64,000 nucleotides of DNA from Chloroflexota bacterium (GCA_026707405.1 JAPOWW010000001.1:192136-256135), one strand, 5' to 3'. Positions 49,179 through 58,483 are shown, counted from the stretch's first letter. The notes: generated by a model not told the origin, from the sequence alone. Numbers and translations are program-made.

Positions 49179-50351
49179 GTGATGGGAGCACAGAGACGAC
49201 CGACGATCACCCGAATCGAGGCCGTTGAGTTCTTCGTGGAGTTGGAGAATCTGGGGATGACGCCCGACGGCTGCGAAATGCAATATCAACCGGGCGAAAC
49301 GCTGCGGGCCATGCGCTACGCGCTCACGATCGATTCCGATGCGGGCGTGCGAGGAGAGTTTGTCGGTCGAAGACCGGAAAGCTACAACCAGCTACAGCGA
49401 GTGGCCGGGAGGATGCTAGGGCGAAGCGCTCTCGACCGCGAAGGGATTTACGGCGAATTGAAGCGCCAGTTCAGGGCGACGATCAATTTGGCCGTGGCTC
49501 CCCTCGATATCGCGCTTTGGGACCTCGCGGGCAAGCTGTACGGAGCGCCAGTCTACGAATTACTGGGGGGCAGCGACCGTCCCCTGCCGGCATACGCCAG
49601 CACCCACTTCGGGGACGCCAGCGGAGGACTTGACAGCCCCGAGGCGTTCGCCGATTTCGCGGTCCGCTGCAAGGAGATGGGCTATCCCGCCTTCAAGATA
49701 CATAGTTGGGGCGCTCCCATCGAGAGGGAAGTGCGGCTGGTGACCACCGTCCGCGAGGCAGTAGGCGACGGAATGCAGCTCATGCACGATCCGGGCTGCA
49801 CGTACCGGACGTTCCTCGAAGCCTTGACCGTGGGTAAGGCGCTCGACGAGGCGAACTACCTCTGGTACGAGGACCCTTACATGGACGGCGGCATGTCGGC
49901 GTTCGGCAACAAGAAGCTGAGAGAGCTGCTCCGAACTCCAATAATGATTACGGAGCATATCCGCGGACTGGAGCAGCACGTGGACGTGATCGTCGCCGGT
50001 GGAACAGACCTCGTGCGGGTCGACGCGAACCTGGATGGCGGGCTGACGGGGGCGCTCAAAATCTGCCACGCCGCCGAAGGCTTTGGGTTGGACGTCGAGA
50101 TACACTCGCCCGGCCCGGCGCACCGGCACCTTATGGCGTCGATCCCCAACTCGAACTACTACGAAATGTCACTGGTCCACCCCAAGGCGCCTACTCATAA
50201 CGGAAAGGCGTACCTCGACTACGAGGACGAACTGGAGTCCATCGACGCCAACGGATGCGTATCCGTACCGACTGGACCGGGCCTGGGCGTGTCGATCGAC
50301 TGGGACCTTGTAAGCAGGAACCAGACCGGCGGGTTCTTGTTCGAGGCGTAG
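49179..50351 (+). CDS. Enolase-superfamily enzyme (mandelate racemase / muconate-lactonizing family, probably a sugar-acid dehydratase)
   Basis: An N-terminal capping domain is followed by a TIM barrel carrying metal-ligand-like acidic residues (LMHDPG, YEDPY, the KIHSWG region). It lies 27 bp after the sulfatase gene. Confidence 0.7.
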   Translation: MMGAQRRPTITRIEAVEFFVELENLGMTPDGCEMQYQPGETLRAMRYALTIDSDAGVRGEFVGRRPESYNQLQRVAGRMLGRSALDREGIYGELKRQFRATINLAVAPLDIALWDLAGKLYGAPVYELLGGSDRPLPAYASTHFGDASGGLDSPEAFADFAVRCKEMGYPAFKIHSWGAPIEREVRLVTTVREAVGDGMQLMHDPGCTYRTFLEALTVGKALDEANYLWYEDPYMDGGMSAFGNKKLRELLRTPIMITEHIRGLEQHVDVIVAGGTDLVRVDANLDGGLTGALKICHAAEGFGLDVEIHSPGPAHRHLMASIPNSNYYEMSLVHPKAPTHNGKAYLDYEDELESIDANGCVSVPTGPGLGVSIDWDLVSRNQTGGFLFEA

Positions 50352-50409
50352 TTAGGCTCAGATGGTTGCCCGCTGGTTTGCCGCTCGTTTATTTTGATTG
50401 TCTGGGTAA

Positions 50410-50485
50410 GCCCCCGTAGCTCAGTGGACAGAGCAACTGCCTTCTAAGCAGTGGGTCGTGTGTTCGAATCGCACCGGGGGTACCG
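50410..50485 (+). tRNA. tRNA-Arg (anticodon TCT)
   Basis: The cloverleaf was read by eye. The acceptor arm is GCCCCCG/CGGGGGT (with a G-U at position 1-72). The D arm is GCTCAGTGGACAGAGC. The anticodon loop is CTTCTAA. The T arm is GTGTGTTCGAATCGCAC. The discriminator is A. No CCA is encoded. Confidence 0.85.
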
Positions 50486-50801
50486 GACCGTACAGAATCA
50501 AGAATCTTGACTTTTTGGCTCAGATTGGCACCGTAAGGCGCTCGCTGTCGCGGACGCTTGGGCAGCCTCGGTCGTCCCGACCATAAGGCCTGCCTGGCCG
50601 GGCTCCAGGGGCACAGGAGATGTCGATGGATCCCGGTGGGACCGGGTTGACAGGATGGCACGACTAAAGCATCTGAGAGAATGGAACACGCCGCTCCGCA
50701 CCGAACGAAGGGGGCCGCAGTCCGGACGGGAGCCGGAGATGTGGGCCGTGACTCGGCGTACTCCCCGGTGGATGGGGCTCGGTTAAGGGGGGCATGAGTC
50801 C

Positions 50802-51935
50802 GTGACCGCGCTGTCACCGAGCGGCGATCCGTGGTTGCTGACTCCGGGGCCGCTCACTACCTCACCGGAAGTAAAGGAAGCGGCGCGGCACGACTACGGA
50901 TCTCGCGATCACCGCTTCATCGACATCAACCGGCGAGTGCGCGAGCGTCTCGTCGACGTCGTGGGCGGGCACGATACTCACGTCTGCATTCCGCTCCAGG
51001 GCAGCGGCACGTTCGTGGTCGAGGCCATGCTCGGCTCTTTTGTCCCCCGTGACGGCAAGCTGCTGATCCTCGTCAACGGTGCCTACGGCCGGCGGATGGC
51101 GAAGATCTGTGAGGTAGCGGGCCGTCGCAGCGTCCTGGTGGAGACGGGAGAGGACGTGCCCAACGACCCGCGAGCGCTCGACCGCGCGCTGGCGGGCGAC
51201 GCAGGCGTATCCCACGTGGCGGCCGTCTATTGCGAGACTACCTCGGGCATCCTGAACCCCATCGAGGCGATCGCCCGCGTCACCGCACGCCACGGCCGTG
51301 GTCTTCTCATCGACGCCGTGAGCGCCTTCGGAGCCCTGGCTCTCGACACGTGCACGGTGCGCTTCGACGCGATGGCAGCTTCTTCCAACAAATGCCTTGA
51401 GAGCACGCCGGGCGTGGGCTTTTGCATTGCACGGCGCGGGGCCCTCGAGCACAGCGCCGGCAATGCCCACTCGCTCAGCCTCGACCTGCGAGACCAGTAC
51501 CTCGCGATGGAGAAGGACGGTCAATGGCGTTTCACCCCACCGGTCCAGGCCATTCTCTCCCTCGACCGTGCTCTTCATGAGTTCGAGGCCGAGGGCGGCA
51601 CCGCGGGACGCGGCGCGCGCTACCGGGAGAATCTGCACGTTCTGGTGGAGGGCATGCGCCGGCTCGGCTTCGAGACCCTGTTGCCGGACGCCGTGCAGGC
51701 GCCCATCATCGTCACCTTCCACATGCCGGCCGATCCGCGTTTCGCGTTCGAGGCGTTCTACGAGCGCTTGCGGCGTCGGGGCTACGTCATCTATCCCGGC
51801 AAGCTCACTGCCGCCGCCTCCTTCCGCATCGGTTGCATCGGTCGCCTCGGGGTAAAGGAGATGCGCGGCGCCCTCGCCGCGGTAGAATCCATCCTCGATG
51901 AAATGGGAGTCAAGAGTGGCGCGCCCGCCGGATGA
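50802..51935 (+). CDS. phnW: 2-aminoethylphosphonate--pyruvate transaminase
   Basis: The N-terminal LLTPGPLTTS hallmark is present. The class V aminotransferase fold is present. phnX lies directly downstream. Confidence 0.8.
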   Translation: MTALSPSGDPWLLTPGPLTTSPEVKEAARHDYGSRDHRFIDINRRVRERLVDVVGGHDTHVCIPLQGSGTFVVEAMLGSFVPRDGKLLILVNGAYGRRMAKICEVAGRRSVLVETGEDVPNDPRALDRALAGDAGVSHVAAVYCETTSGILNPIEAIARVTARHGRGLLIDAVSAFGALALDTCTVRFDAMAASSNKCLESTPGVGFCIARRGALEHSAGNAHSLSLDLRDQYLAMEKDGQWRFTPPVQAILSLDRALHEFEAEGGTAGRGARYRENLHVLVEGMRRLGFETLLPDAVQAPIIVTFHMPADPRFAFEAFYERLRRRGYVIYPGKLTAAASFRIGCIGRLGVKEMRGALAAVESILDEMGVKSGAPAG

Positions 51936-51959
51936 CAGGCGGTCCGGGCCTCGGCATCA

Positions 51960-52832
51960 TTGGCAAAGCAACGGAGACAGGAATTGGCCCTAAACGGCGA
52001 CTTCGTTTTCAACCGCAGCTACCGCGGCAGGGTCAAGGCCGCGATCCTCGACTGGAGCGGCACAACCGCGGACGCCTACGTGCTCGCTCCCGCGGTGGTG
52101 TTCGTCGACGTGTTCAGGAAGCACGGAGTCGAGATCACGATGCCGGAGGCACGGGGGCCGATGGGCCTGCGCAAGGACCTGCACATCAAGGCCCTCACCG
52201 AGGTGCCTGAGATCGCCGAGCGCTGGGAGGGTGTGCACGGCAAGCGCCCGGGCCAGGCGGAGGTCGATGCGATGTTCGCCGACTTCGTACCGATGCAGAT
52301 CGCCTGCCTGCGCGAGTACACCACCCTGCTGCCCGGAGTCGCCGAGACCACCCAGCGCCTGCAGGCGGAGGGGATCAAGCTTGGCAGCACCACCGGCTTC
52401 GTGCGCCCGATGGTGGATATCCTGGAAGCGGATGCGAAGAAGCAGGGCTACGTGCCCGATGCCTCCGTGGCCGGCGACGAGGTGATCAACGGCGCCCGTC
52501 CCAAGCCCTTCATGGTCTACCGCAACCTCGATCTCCTCGACGTGCACCCCATCCAGTCAGTGGTCAAGGTCGACGACACCGTGACGGGGGTGGGCGAAGC
52601 ACTGGAGGCGGGCTGCTGGGGGGTGGGCATCGCACGCTACAGCAACTATATGGACATCGACAGCCTGGAGCACGCAGAGAGCCTCTCGGAGGCGGAGATG
52701 CAACGCCGGCTCGCGTACACCCGGGAGATCCTGATCAAGACGGGCGCCCACTACGTCATCGACACACTCGACGAGCTGCCGGCAGTGATCGACGATGTGA
52801 ATGCCCGCCTAGCGAGGGGTGAGAGGCCCTAA
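51960..52832 (+). CDS. phnX: Phosphonoacetaldehyde hydrolase (phosphonatase, HAD family). The probable true start is near 52032.
   Basis: HAD motif I is ILDWSGT. Motif III/IV are present (GSTTGF..., VKVDDTVTG). The first roughly 24 aa of the longest ORF are probably not translated. Confidence 0.8.
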   Translation: MAKQRRQELALNGDFVFNRSYRGRVKAAILDWSGTTADAYVLAPAVVFVDVFRKHGVEITMPEARGPMGLRKDLHIKALTEVPEIAERWEGVHGKRPGQAEVDAMFADFVPMQIACLREYTTLLPGVAETTQRLQAEGIKLGSTTGFVRPMVDILEADAKKQGYVPDASVAGDEVINGARPKPFMVYRNLDLLDVHPIQSVVKVDDTVTGVGEALEAGCWGVGIARYSNYMDIDSLEHAESLSEAEMQRRLAYTREILIKTGAHYVIDTLDELPAVIDDVNARLARGERP

Positions 52833-52914
52833 CGGCGGTACGCTTTCCTGCGGCGGCGGCGCGGCTGGAGCGAACGCCAATGGCGCCCGTGGGAGTTCCG
52901 TCAGATAGACGCCG

Positions 52915-54070
52915 TCATCTGAGCCATGGGCCGTAGCGACCTTCCCTGGAATGCGCGAGGATGCCTTCGTCGAGAAGCGGCTCCACGAATTCCGGGGCGT
53001 AGCGGGTAGCCCGGTAGACATTGACATATTGATCGCCGAAGAACGGCGAGTAGTAGTCCCAAACCACGTCGCCCTCCATAGTTACTTCGAAGATGCGACC
53101 GCAGTCCGCTTCGCAAATGAGCGTGTTGCCGTTGGGGAGGCGCTGCTGTCCCGCCCTAAACGGGCTGAAGAAGCCTTCGGGGTCGCTGTATTCCCAAAGG
53201 AAGTCTTCCGGCTCGCGGGGGTCGAATTCCAAGACCCTGGAATATCCGCGTAGAGTGCCGTTGTCGAAGAGCAGGATATTGCCATTGGGGAGCATCTGAG
53301 GCTGATGCTGCCTCGAGCACGCCGATTCCCCACGCCCAGACGATCTCGCGGGAGTCGCTATCGACGACCGAGATGATGTCGATGCATCGGTGGCTGAGCA
53401 GGTAGTTCCCGGCCCGGAATCGCTTGTCGGCGCGTCCGACCGGCGTGTCGGGCAGGACGGTGAGCGTGTTGGTGTGCGACCAGTCAGCGGCGGGTCTCGG
53501 CAGCTCCAGACCGGCAAGATCCACCAGCTCGTCGACGTGGTCGCTGAGCCACCATTCCCAATGGACGAACGTCTTGCGGTCGACTTTCATTATCAGATCG
53601 TCCTCGACGGGACCTCGCGGGAATATGTCGGGGCGGTCGCGGTCGCGTTGGTACAACGTAAGAAGCGTGCCGTCGTCGAAGCGGTGAAAGTCGTGATGAA
53701 CCCGCCCGTACCACGCCCAGGTGACGTTTCCCTCAAAGTCCGACTCGAACAGGCCGCCGAAGCATCGATCGCGGTCCTCGTTCCAATCCGTGAAGTTGTC
53801 CCAGAACAGGCTGCCGTCGCTGTCGAGCTCAGCCCACTGGCTCCTGACGACGGGCCAGGTGTGAACGACCCGGCCGTTCATGTCGATGAGGTATTCGGTG
53901 TAGCCGAATGCCGGCGAGAAGAGCGTGTAGCCGGGCCAGGCGCGGGCGCGGTCCCAAACACGGACTCCACGGAGTCCGTTGTCGACGCGCGGAGGCAGCG
54001 GCGCGGGGAGTTCGCCGTAATCTCGCGGGGGATTCCCTCCAACTTCCGACTTTGACTGCTCTGTCCCCAT
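52915..54070 (-). pseudogene. Arylsulfotransferase (ASST)-like beta-propeller protein, interrupted by a frameshift near 53325
   Basis: Two overlapping minus-strand ORFs (53156-54070 and 52915-53517) are each protein-like only on one side of about 53325. The recurring blade motif (LPNGNILLFDNG, LPNGNTLICE) continues across the frame change. The shift coincides with a CCCC run. Confidence 0.5.
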
Positions 54071-54235
54071 GGTGCGACCTCTCCGACCGGCTGACTAGTC
54101 GAACGCGAGCTGGACTCATTATGAGCGATTCCGAGCCTGCCGGGCAGCCGTAAGGCCAGAGGCGGCGCTCATCCATCGCGGCGCTGCAGCCGCATTGGCA
54201 AGATAGACTAATTGTCGTTCACAAGGAGCTTGACG

Positions 54236-55123
54236 ATGCCGGTTTTCAACGACCGCGATTTGGCGTTTTGGGAAGAGAACGGGTACGTGGTGCTACATGA
54301 TGCCGTGCCCGCGCAGCAGCTTGACAATCTCGTCGAGGTCATCTGGGACTTCCTGGAGATCAATCCGGATGATCGGGACGACTGGTACAGGTGGGAGCCG
54401 TTCGAATACGCGGACCCGCAAACCCCAATTGGCGAGGCGGGCATGGTGTCGCTGTACCAGCACCAGGCGCTATGGGACAACCGGCAGTATCCACGGGTGT
54501 ACGAGGCGTTTACGGAGATTCTGGGGGCCAGGAAGCTCTGGGTCTCTCTGGATCGGGCAAACATGAAGCCGCCGGCGCGCGCCGACCGGCTGGAGTGGGG
54601 GCACACGGGAATGGTGCATTGGGACGTGGATACGTCGCAACGGCCGATACCGTTCGGCGTTCAGGGAGTGCTGTACCTGACCGACACGGCGGAGGACCAG
54701 GGCGGTTTCCAATGCGTTCCGGGTTTCCAAAATATTTTCGATGAATGGGTCAAGACGCAACCGCCGAACCGTAACGTCAGGGTTCCGGCGCTTGACGGGT
54801 TGGAGGTCAGGTCGATAGCGGGAAAGGCCGGGGACCTGCTGATTTGGGACCAGATGCTGCCACACGGCAACGGACACAACAGGTCCGATAAACCACGGCT
54901 GGCGCAGTACATAACGATGAGGCCCGCGGAAGAGGAAGACGACGGGCTGCGGGAGATGCGGATCGAAGCATGGCGGCAGCGCAGGCCGGTTGCGAAGTCG
55001 GCAGCGAGGGGCATCCGCTGGCCGAGCGATCCGAGAGACAAGGAGCATATGACCCAGGCTCCGGCACTGCTGACCGAACTCGGCCGGAAGCTGTTAGGCG
55101 TGGACTCGTGGGGAGACGCTTAA
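54236..55123 (+). CDS. Phytanoyl-CoA dioxygenase (PhyH)-family Fe(II)/2-oxoglutarate oxygenase
   Basis: LAFWEENGYVVL is the typical PhyH N-terminus. The HxD...H facial triad candidates are HWDVD and LPHGNGH. Confidence 0.65.
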   Translation: MPVFNDRDLAFWEENGYVVLHDAVPAQQLDNLVEVIWDFLEINPDDRDDWYRWEPFEYADPQTPIGEAGMVSLYQHQALWDNRQYPRVYEAFTEILGARKLWVSLDRANMKPPARADRLEWGHTGMVHWDVDTSQRPIPFGVQGVLYLTDTAEDQGGFQCVPGFQNIFDEWVKTQPPNRNVRVPALDGLEVRSIAGKAGDLLIWDQMLPHGNGHNRSDKPRLAQYITMRPAEEEDDGLREMRIEAWRQRRPVAKSAARGIRWPSDPRDKEHMTQAPALLTELGRKLLGVDSWGDA

Positions 55124-55314
55124 CCCTCGAAGATCCGACTCTGGGTCTCGTGCAGATAGAGCGACCGTCCGCTTTCTCGTTTGGCCGCCCTATCTGATTT
55201 CCGCCGACGGCTGCGTGACCGCATGAGCCGGCAGAAGGCACGGATGACCAGACCGCCCGATGACGCGAGGCGGCTAGACACGTTTGTAAGAGCTCGGGAC
55301 ACACGGGAGTCGCG

Positions 55315-56183
55315 ATGAGTCAAAGCATCCTTGAGCGTGCCGAGGAGTTCATCTGGAAGAATGCCCGGCTGCTCGAACGGCGGCTGTTCGCCGTCCACTT
55401 CAAGGACGGCTCGCCTGACTCCGTAATAGATGCGCTGCGTCCCTATCAGAATGCTGACGGCGGATTCGGACACGCGCTCGAGCCGGACATCCGCTGTCCG
55501 GACAGCCAGCCCGTGCCGGTGGAGCACGCGCTTCGGATCCTGGATAGAGTCGGGTTTGACGGAGAGATTGTGAAGGCCGCTTGTGATTACTTGACGTCCA
55601 TCACGACATCTGAAGGCGGCGTGCCGTGGCTCCTACCCTCAGCGCATGGGTACCCGCGGGCGCCCTGGTGGAATACCGATGACGCGCCTCCGGCGTCCGT
55701 GAACCCGACGGCCGCCATCGCCGGAATGCTGCACCGGAACCGCTTTGAGCATGAATGGCTGGAAGGGGCCACGTCATTTTGCTGGTCGAAGATCGCGGAG
55801 ATGGAACTTACCGACCCCCACGACATGGCAGAGGTTCTGACGTTCCTAAACAACGTACCAGACCGTGAGCGGGGGCCGAATCTGAACTGACGCGCGTTGT
55901 CGATCAACTATTCTCGTTCGGTCTTGTGGCTGACGCGGATGCGGAAGGGTATGTGTCCAAACCTCTGGACTGGGCCCCAACGCCCGATCATCCGCTTCGG
56001 AAGCACTTTCGAGACGAGGACATCGACGCGAATCTTGACGTCCTCGTCGCGGGGCAGCAGGAGGACGGGGGTTGGAACATTACATGGGAGCCGATCAGCC
56101 CAGCCTGTGAGATCGAGTGGCGCGGCGGCGTTACGCTCGACGCGCTGTTGACGCTGCGGGCCAACGGGCGGCTCAACGCGTAG
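55315..56183 (+). pseudogene. Alpha/alpha-toroid (prenyltransferase/terpenoid-cyclase-repeat-like) protein, apparently frameshifted near 55865-55875
   Basis: ORF 55315-55890 (YQNADGGFG repeat) and ORF 55926-56183 (QQEDGGWN repeat) are in different frames. The downstream frame is open back to 55869. A GGGGG run lies at 55871-55875. Confidence 0.45.
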
Positions 56184-56499
56184 CTGCCCCGGCGTGGATC
56201 CGTGGGGAACCGCCTAACTCCTGACTAGCCGAAGCAAAGTCCGGCGCGCCAGTCGACCAGGCGCTAGCGATGGCCCACGCCAGCCACATCACGCAGTGTG
56301 TCAATCTGAGGTCAGATCCAACTTCGTTCCGAGGTGTGTCGAGGAATATTGCACTGGCAGCGCGGTGCCCTCGGCGAATAGGCACCTGCGGGCATCCTGG
56401 TGGATTACCCATGGCTCGCATGCCACATCCGTGACTTGGACGGCCGTGATGGCAACGCGAAACATGCAGGCCACCGCGCCGTCGCGGCTGAGAAGTAGC

Positions 56500-56600
56500 C
56501 GCTTACTATTGCTTCTGCGAATGATTCTCATTACTATACGTGGCGGCATTGAAATTATGTGCATCTTTTAAATCATCGATTCTGGGGATGCGAGGAGATT
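56500..56600 (+). promoter_or_regulatory. AT-rich putative promoter region upstream of the dpp-like operon
   Basis: cgaatgattctcattactatacgtggcggcattgaaattatgtgcatcttttaaatcatcgattc is a local AT spike in a genome of about 65% GC. It contains TTGAAA and TTTAAAT hexamers upstream of the SBP gene. Confidence 0.3.
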
Positions 56601-56611
56601 CGAGGAGACTT

Positions 56612-58339
56612 ATGGATTTAATCGAAAAGCCTGCCAGACGGAGATCGCGTCGCTGGATGCTAACCGCGGCCGCGGGCTCTGCCGCTCTTGGGGCCGCTGC
56701 CCTAGTCGGCTGCGTGGAAACCGAGGTCGTCGAGGTCGTCAAGGAAGTCCCGGTCGAGAAGGTCGTAACGCAGGAAGTCGACCGGGTCGTCGTCCAGGAG
56801 AAGGTTGTAACGCAGGAAGTCGAACGCGTCGTTACGCGAATCGTGGAGAAAGTCGTCGAACGATCGCCTGACGACGCACGTGCGGATGAGCTCGTCTGGG
56901 TGAATGGCGAACTCTTTTACGGGCTCGATCCCGTACACGAATACAGTTCGGGCTACATGTTGCCGGTAGGAGTAGCTGAAACGCTAATGACGGTCGGTGA
57001 TGATGGCTCGATCATCCCGTGGCTGGCGCAGTCTTACGAGCTAGTTGACGCGAACACGGCCAAGATCACGCTTAGGCAGAACGCCACATTCTGGAGCGGC
57101 GCGCCGGTCAACGCCGAGGCGGTGAAGGCGAGTCTAGAAAGATCGATCGAGCTGGCGCCTCCGGCGGCGGCTCTTCTCAAAGGGATAACGATTGAGGTCG
57201 CCGGCGAATGGGAATTGCGATTTGCGAGCGACGCTCCCATTCCGCAGCTGCCGTTCAATCTGACCGACGCATGGCTCGCCATACACAACGCGGCGTCGTA
57301 CGGACCCGAGGACAACGCGTTCGATGTCGAAGCAGCAGACCTGACCGGCCCGTACCGATTGGTCGAGTTCAAGCCTCGCGAGGAGGCCCTGCTCGAGCTT
57401 TGGGACGGCTACTGGGGGCCCAAACCGCAGTTTTCCAGAATGCGCTACCGCGAGGTGCCGGACCCGCAGGCGAGGGCCCTGATCGCCCTCAGCGGAGAGG
57501 CGGACGTCGTAAAGAAACTGCCAGCTGAAACCGCCGCCCTGGTACGCGCGAGCGATAAGGTCGACCTGGCGCTTCAGGTCTCAACCGGTACCGCGAGCAT
57601 ATATCTCAACTTGCAGCGTCCGCCATTCGACGAGCCAGCCGTGCGGGAAGCCGTCGGGTGGGCGCTTGATCGCAACGAGATAGTGGAACTCGCCTGGAGT
57701 GGATTGGCGAAACCGGCGTCGAGCTGGCTTTCCACGAATGCAGCCTATCCGGAGGCCGCCGAGATCGGGTTCATGAAGTATGACCCGGAAAGGGCCGCGC
57801 AGATACTGGATGAGGCCGGCTGGGTTGTCGGAGGCGACGGCATCAGGGCCAAGGACGGCAATCAACTCAAGTTCCGGAACCTCTGGTGGGGTATCGAAAA
57901 GCCCGTGTCAGAGGTAATTCAAGAACAGCTGAAGCGGATTGGCATTTCGGTAGAGGTCATCGGTTCGCCCGACTACGGCGTGCTAGACGGGGCGCGCGCC
58001 TCTGGCGATTGGGAAGCGCTCGTCGAAGGATGGGGCCATTTCGGAGACCCATTCGGTCCGCTCCATCGACACTTTGGGCCGACTGGCGATATCAACTACG
58101 GGCGATATCGAAGCGACGAAATGGATGCATTGTTCGCGCAATTCGATGATGCGATAAGTCTCGACGAACGAAGGAAGATCGCCGTGGAAATCAACGAACT
58201 GGTTTTCAGAGACGTGATCATTATTCCTTTGTACGCGAGGGCAAGCGTCGGGGCAATTTCCAGATCGCTCGCCGGATACAAGCTGCCCACCGAAGAGTGG
58301 CGCGTTACAGAGGTGACACCGGAACTCTCTCGCAGGTAA
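56612..58339 (+). CDS. ABC transporter substrate-binding lipoprotein, family 5 (peptide/nickel, DppA/OppA-like) with a V/E/K-rich repeat tether
   Basis: A GAGGAG SD lies 7 nt before the ATG at 56612. The signal RRRSRRWML...ALVGC is a Tat/lipobox type. About 50 aa of tandem repeats follow (VVEVVKEVPVEKVVTQEVDRVVVQEKVVTQEVERVV), then the family-5 SBP fold. Confidence 0.85.
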   Translation: MDLIEKPARRRSRRWMLTAAAGSAALGAAALVGCVETEVVEVVKEVPVEKVVTQEVDRVVVQEKVVTQEVERVVTRIVEKVVERSPDDARADELVWVNGELFYGLDPVHEYSSGYMLPVGVAETLMTVGDDGSIIPWLAQSYELVDANTAKITLRQNATFWSGAPVNAEAVKASLERSIELAPPAAALLKGITIEVAGEWELRFASDAPIPQLPFNLTDAWLAIHNAASYGPEDNAFDVEAADLTGPYRLVEFKPREEALLELWDGYWGPKPQFSRMRYREVPDPQARALIALSGEADVVKKLPAETAALVRASDKVDLALQVSTGTASIYLNLQRPPFDEPAVREAVGWALDRNEIVELAWSGLAKPASSWLSTNAAYPEAAEIGFMKYDPERAAQILDEAGWVVGGDGIRAKDGNQLKFRNLWWGIEKPVSEVIQEQLKRIGISVEVIGSPDYGVLDGARASGDWEALVEGWGHFGDPFGPLHRHFGPTGDINYGRYRSDEMDALFAQFDDAISLDERRKIAVEINELVFRDVIIIPLYARASVGAISRSLAGYKLPTEEWRVTEVTPELSRR

Positions 58340-58483
58340 GGCTCGGAGGGATGCCGATCCATGGCGCTGCGTGACCGCGGCGACTAGCGAAATGGCTGTG
58401 TCAACAGCACATGCGATGAAGTCGCCGCCAAACGCGGTTGAGCCGTCACGTTTGGCGGCGAGCTATGTCCGGCAGCCGGCGAA

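Noticed and set aside
50486-50801. Integrase/att-site signature downstream of tRNA-Arg, and a hairpin TCAAG-aat-CTTGA plus T5 right after the tRNA
   Set aside because: No integrase ORF or repeated tRNA 3' segment was found by eye. The hairpin has only a 5-bp AT-rich stem, so it is at best a weak terminator.
50862-51722. 286-aa minus-strand ORF
   Set aside because: It is antisense to phnW and is a shadow ORF.
53156-53517. Two independent overlapping genes (52915-53517 and 53156-54070) on the minus strand
   Set aside because: Each ORF is protein-like on only one side of about 53325. The repeated LPNGN blade motif links them. A single frameshifted gene is the more parsimonious reading.
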